Below are positions 61,916 through 64,000 of a stretch of DNA of 64,000 nt, piece by piece (the first letter of the stretch is position 1; each line of letters begins with the position of its first letter). The notes under the pieces are model-generated. The model did no database searches and had not been told where the DNA came from. It worked only from the letters and a program-made list of their open reading frames with translations. The DNA is taken from the NCBI RefSeq assembly GCF_963921235.1, contig NC_086101.1, positions 140,740,001-140,804,000 on the forward strand, written 5' to 3'. Source of the stretch: Mobula hypostoma (Eukaryota). A program made the position numbers and the translations under genes.

Positions 61916-64000
61916 ACATATTTAACGTTAATTAGTGCCAGGATACATAACTTATCTCATTAGAGTGAGCAGACAATGCATTGATTAATTTCCTTGAAGG
62001 TAGCTGGCTCTCAGAAGTGCATTGGGAGTGCTAGCACGGACTTAAACATAAGAACAAGAAAATCGGAACAGGGATAATCCATTCGGCCCTCACGCCTCTC
62101 CAGCCATTTAATGCAATTGTGGTTGATCAGCTGCCAGCCTCATCACCTCCTTTCTGCCAGTTTTCCCCAGCTCTCAATTTTGCGATCTTCAATAAATGTG
62201 TCTACTTTCTCTTTAACAACCCCTTTTGAGCCAGCCTCCACAATCCTCCAGGCCAGAGAATTTTGTATCCATTTTCACTTAAATATGGCTACAGGTGCCA
62301 AAATAAATTCAGCATATCACATGGTAAACTTAACAAAGGAATAAGAAAGCTGCTGGAAGTTGCTGGAAGTTGCTGGAACTCTCTGGCTTTAGCAGCTGCT
62401 GATAGTCGTCTCCCTTGGTTATGTCAATCACACCACTTGTTCCCAATCTTCAGCTGTCTCTCTGTTCTCTAAATAGATGTGGACAGTTCTAACTTGATTT
62501 GAGAGGGGGTCTGAAAAACATTAATGAAACCATTGATAGGGAATTTAATCCAAATGGCACTGTGGTCAGAATCATAAGATACTTTTCCTCTAAGACTATT
62601 TCTCTGCTAATGGCATTCACAAAGAATTTGTTAGACTAGTAAGTAATTTGGAAGGGCAAAGTACCTCCCTACCAGCACCAGGGCCATTACACTGTCTTGG
62701 AGTATTTCATTGAGATGTATATGTATATATATAGACTGAACAAGTCACGTTAGCACAAGTAAAACGCGTACAGAGAAGTGTGACAGCACACAATACGTGG
62801 AACAAGTTGGTGCACCACCTTCAAAAGGGTACGTAAGCAACCTTTTGCAACTGTTTGAGTTATTTTGTGAATTCTCCAATCACTTTGAAAGGAAAGTTTT
62901 GCATTTCTCTGGCATCAGTTACAGCCTTAGATCAAAATAAAGTACTTTATAATCTGTGAAGCACTTAGAAAGTTTCTTAAAAGTAAAAGGCAAAGCAGCT
63001 AAATTGTGCACAGTGAACCCCAGAGAATCAATGTGATAATGTGTAAATAATTTACTTTTGCAATGAAATCTCTTGAATTGTCTTTATCAGAATTTATTTA
63101 ATATCTTGAAAGCTACAGGTTGAATCCAATTTGTCTGAAATAAACCAGAAAATGTTCAAATATCCACTAGCTTAATCAATGGGAGCAGGGTTGGCGGAAA
63201 GATTATTAATTAGGCTAGAGATTCTTAATCAGTTCAATATTGGAACTATTCTTGAAACAGTGGCCTGTTATTCACCCCTCACATTCTGCTAGGCTTGTAT
63301 ATTTCAATGAGGTTCTATTTTTATTTCCACTTACCTGTAGCTGCAAAAATAAATTTAACTTTTTATTCTACAATGCCAAGCTAATGAGCTGAGCAACTGT
63401 TAGGGAAGGAAGACATGGTCTCAGTAAATGCTACCCAAATAAGGGAGGATAGCAGGCCAGATAGCATTACTCATGTGTTTTACGGAATTTTAAAAGCTTT
63501 GGCGTACTTAACTTTAGCTGCGATACCACTTCAGGATTCTGATCTGGGCAGTGATCGAAATTCTCCAAACCACTTTAGTTAGGCTTTTTTGTTGTATTTA
63601 TATTGGCTGGGTTTGGGTTGGATACTCCTACTTTCTTGAAGTTACTTTGTTCTTACTGGGATGGAATCAAAAGCCTTTGTAACGGCAGTGTTTCTGTCTG
63701 TAGTGAAGAGAAACTCATCTATCTGACCTTTGATGACGACAATTTGGGAAATGTTATTCTTCCATCTTCGAGATCAAAGTCTCGTTGAGATGTAAATAAT
63801 AAGTTTAAAAGGATCTGGCCTAGAGAGGAATATTTAATGTTCTTGGGCTATCTGTCTGATGATATAGTCATGGGGCTATTTTAACACAGCTAAGTAATTT
63901 CCAAGATAACCAACTTTACAGTGTACTCAGCTTGTGACTAGCAACCTGAAATCAACGTCCTGGGGATAAAGTTAAGAAGTGACTTATCTTCAGAAGAAGT

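Noticed and set aside
62351-62379. Three tandem 10-mers TGCTGGAAGT as a CRISPR-like array
   Set aside because: There are no spacers. It is a simple minisatellite in a vertebrate context.
63603-63788. 61-aa ORF in unique sequence as a host exon
   Set aside because: It has no ATG start, no convincing splice boundaries and no recognisable homology.

Overview
This is a repeat-dominated, CpG-depleted vertebrate genomic window. It is most likely from a cartilaginous fish, probably a ray, inferred from HE1/V-SINE, SacSINE1/DeuSINE-like, HER1/CR1 and Penelope repeat types. I could not identify a host protein-coding gene. The ORFs with recognisable products are transposon fragments, and most of the rest are antisense shadows of repeats or short chance ORFs. 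The repeats are many CR1 and Rex1/Babar-type LINE fragments, three RTE fragments, GIY-YIG Penelope-like elements, one internally deleted Gypsy LTR element with an open integrase frame, a Tc1 remnant, a hAT MITE and several SINEs. A CpG-island-like promoter lies at about 39.6-40.0 kb. The most interesting signals are RNA-level. (i) A short RTE-derived element has a decayed twister ribozyme as its 5' end, starting at the cleavage site (45347). (ii) Penelope pseudo-LTRs carry minimal type I hammerhead ribozymes, three of them with complete cores. (iii) A very young, perfect 89-bp-arm fold-back pLTR has a 14-bp TSD (57227-57405) and older relatives. (iv) Several non-autonomous elements have a YY1 head and a LINE tail. 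Repeat family names come from recognising motifs, not from database searches, and boundaries of old repeats are approximate.
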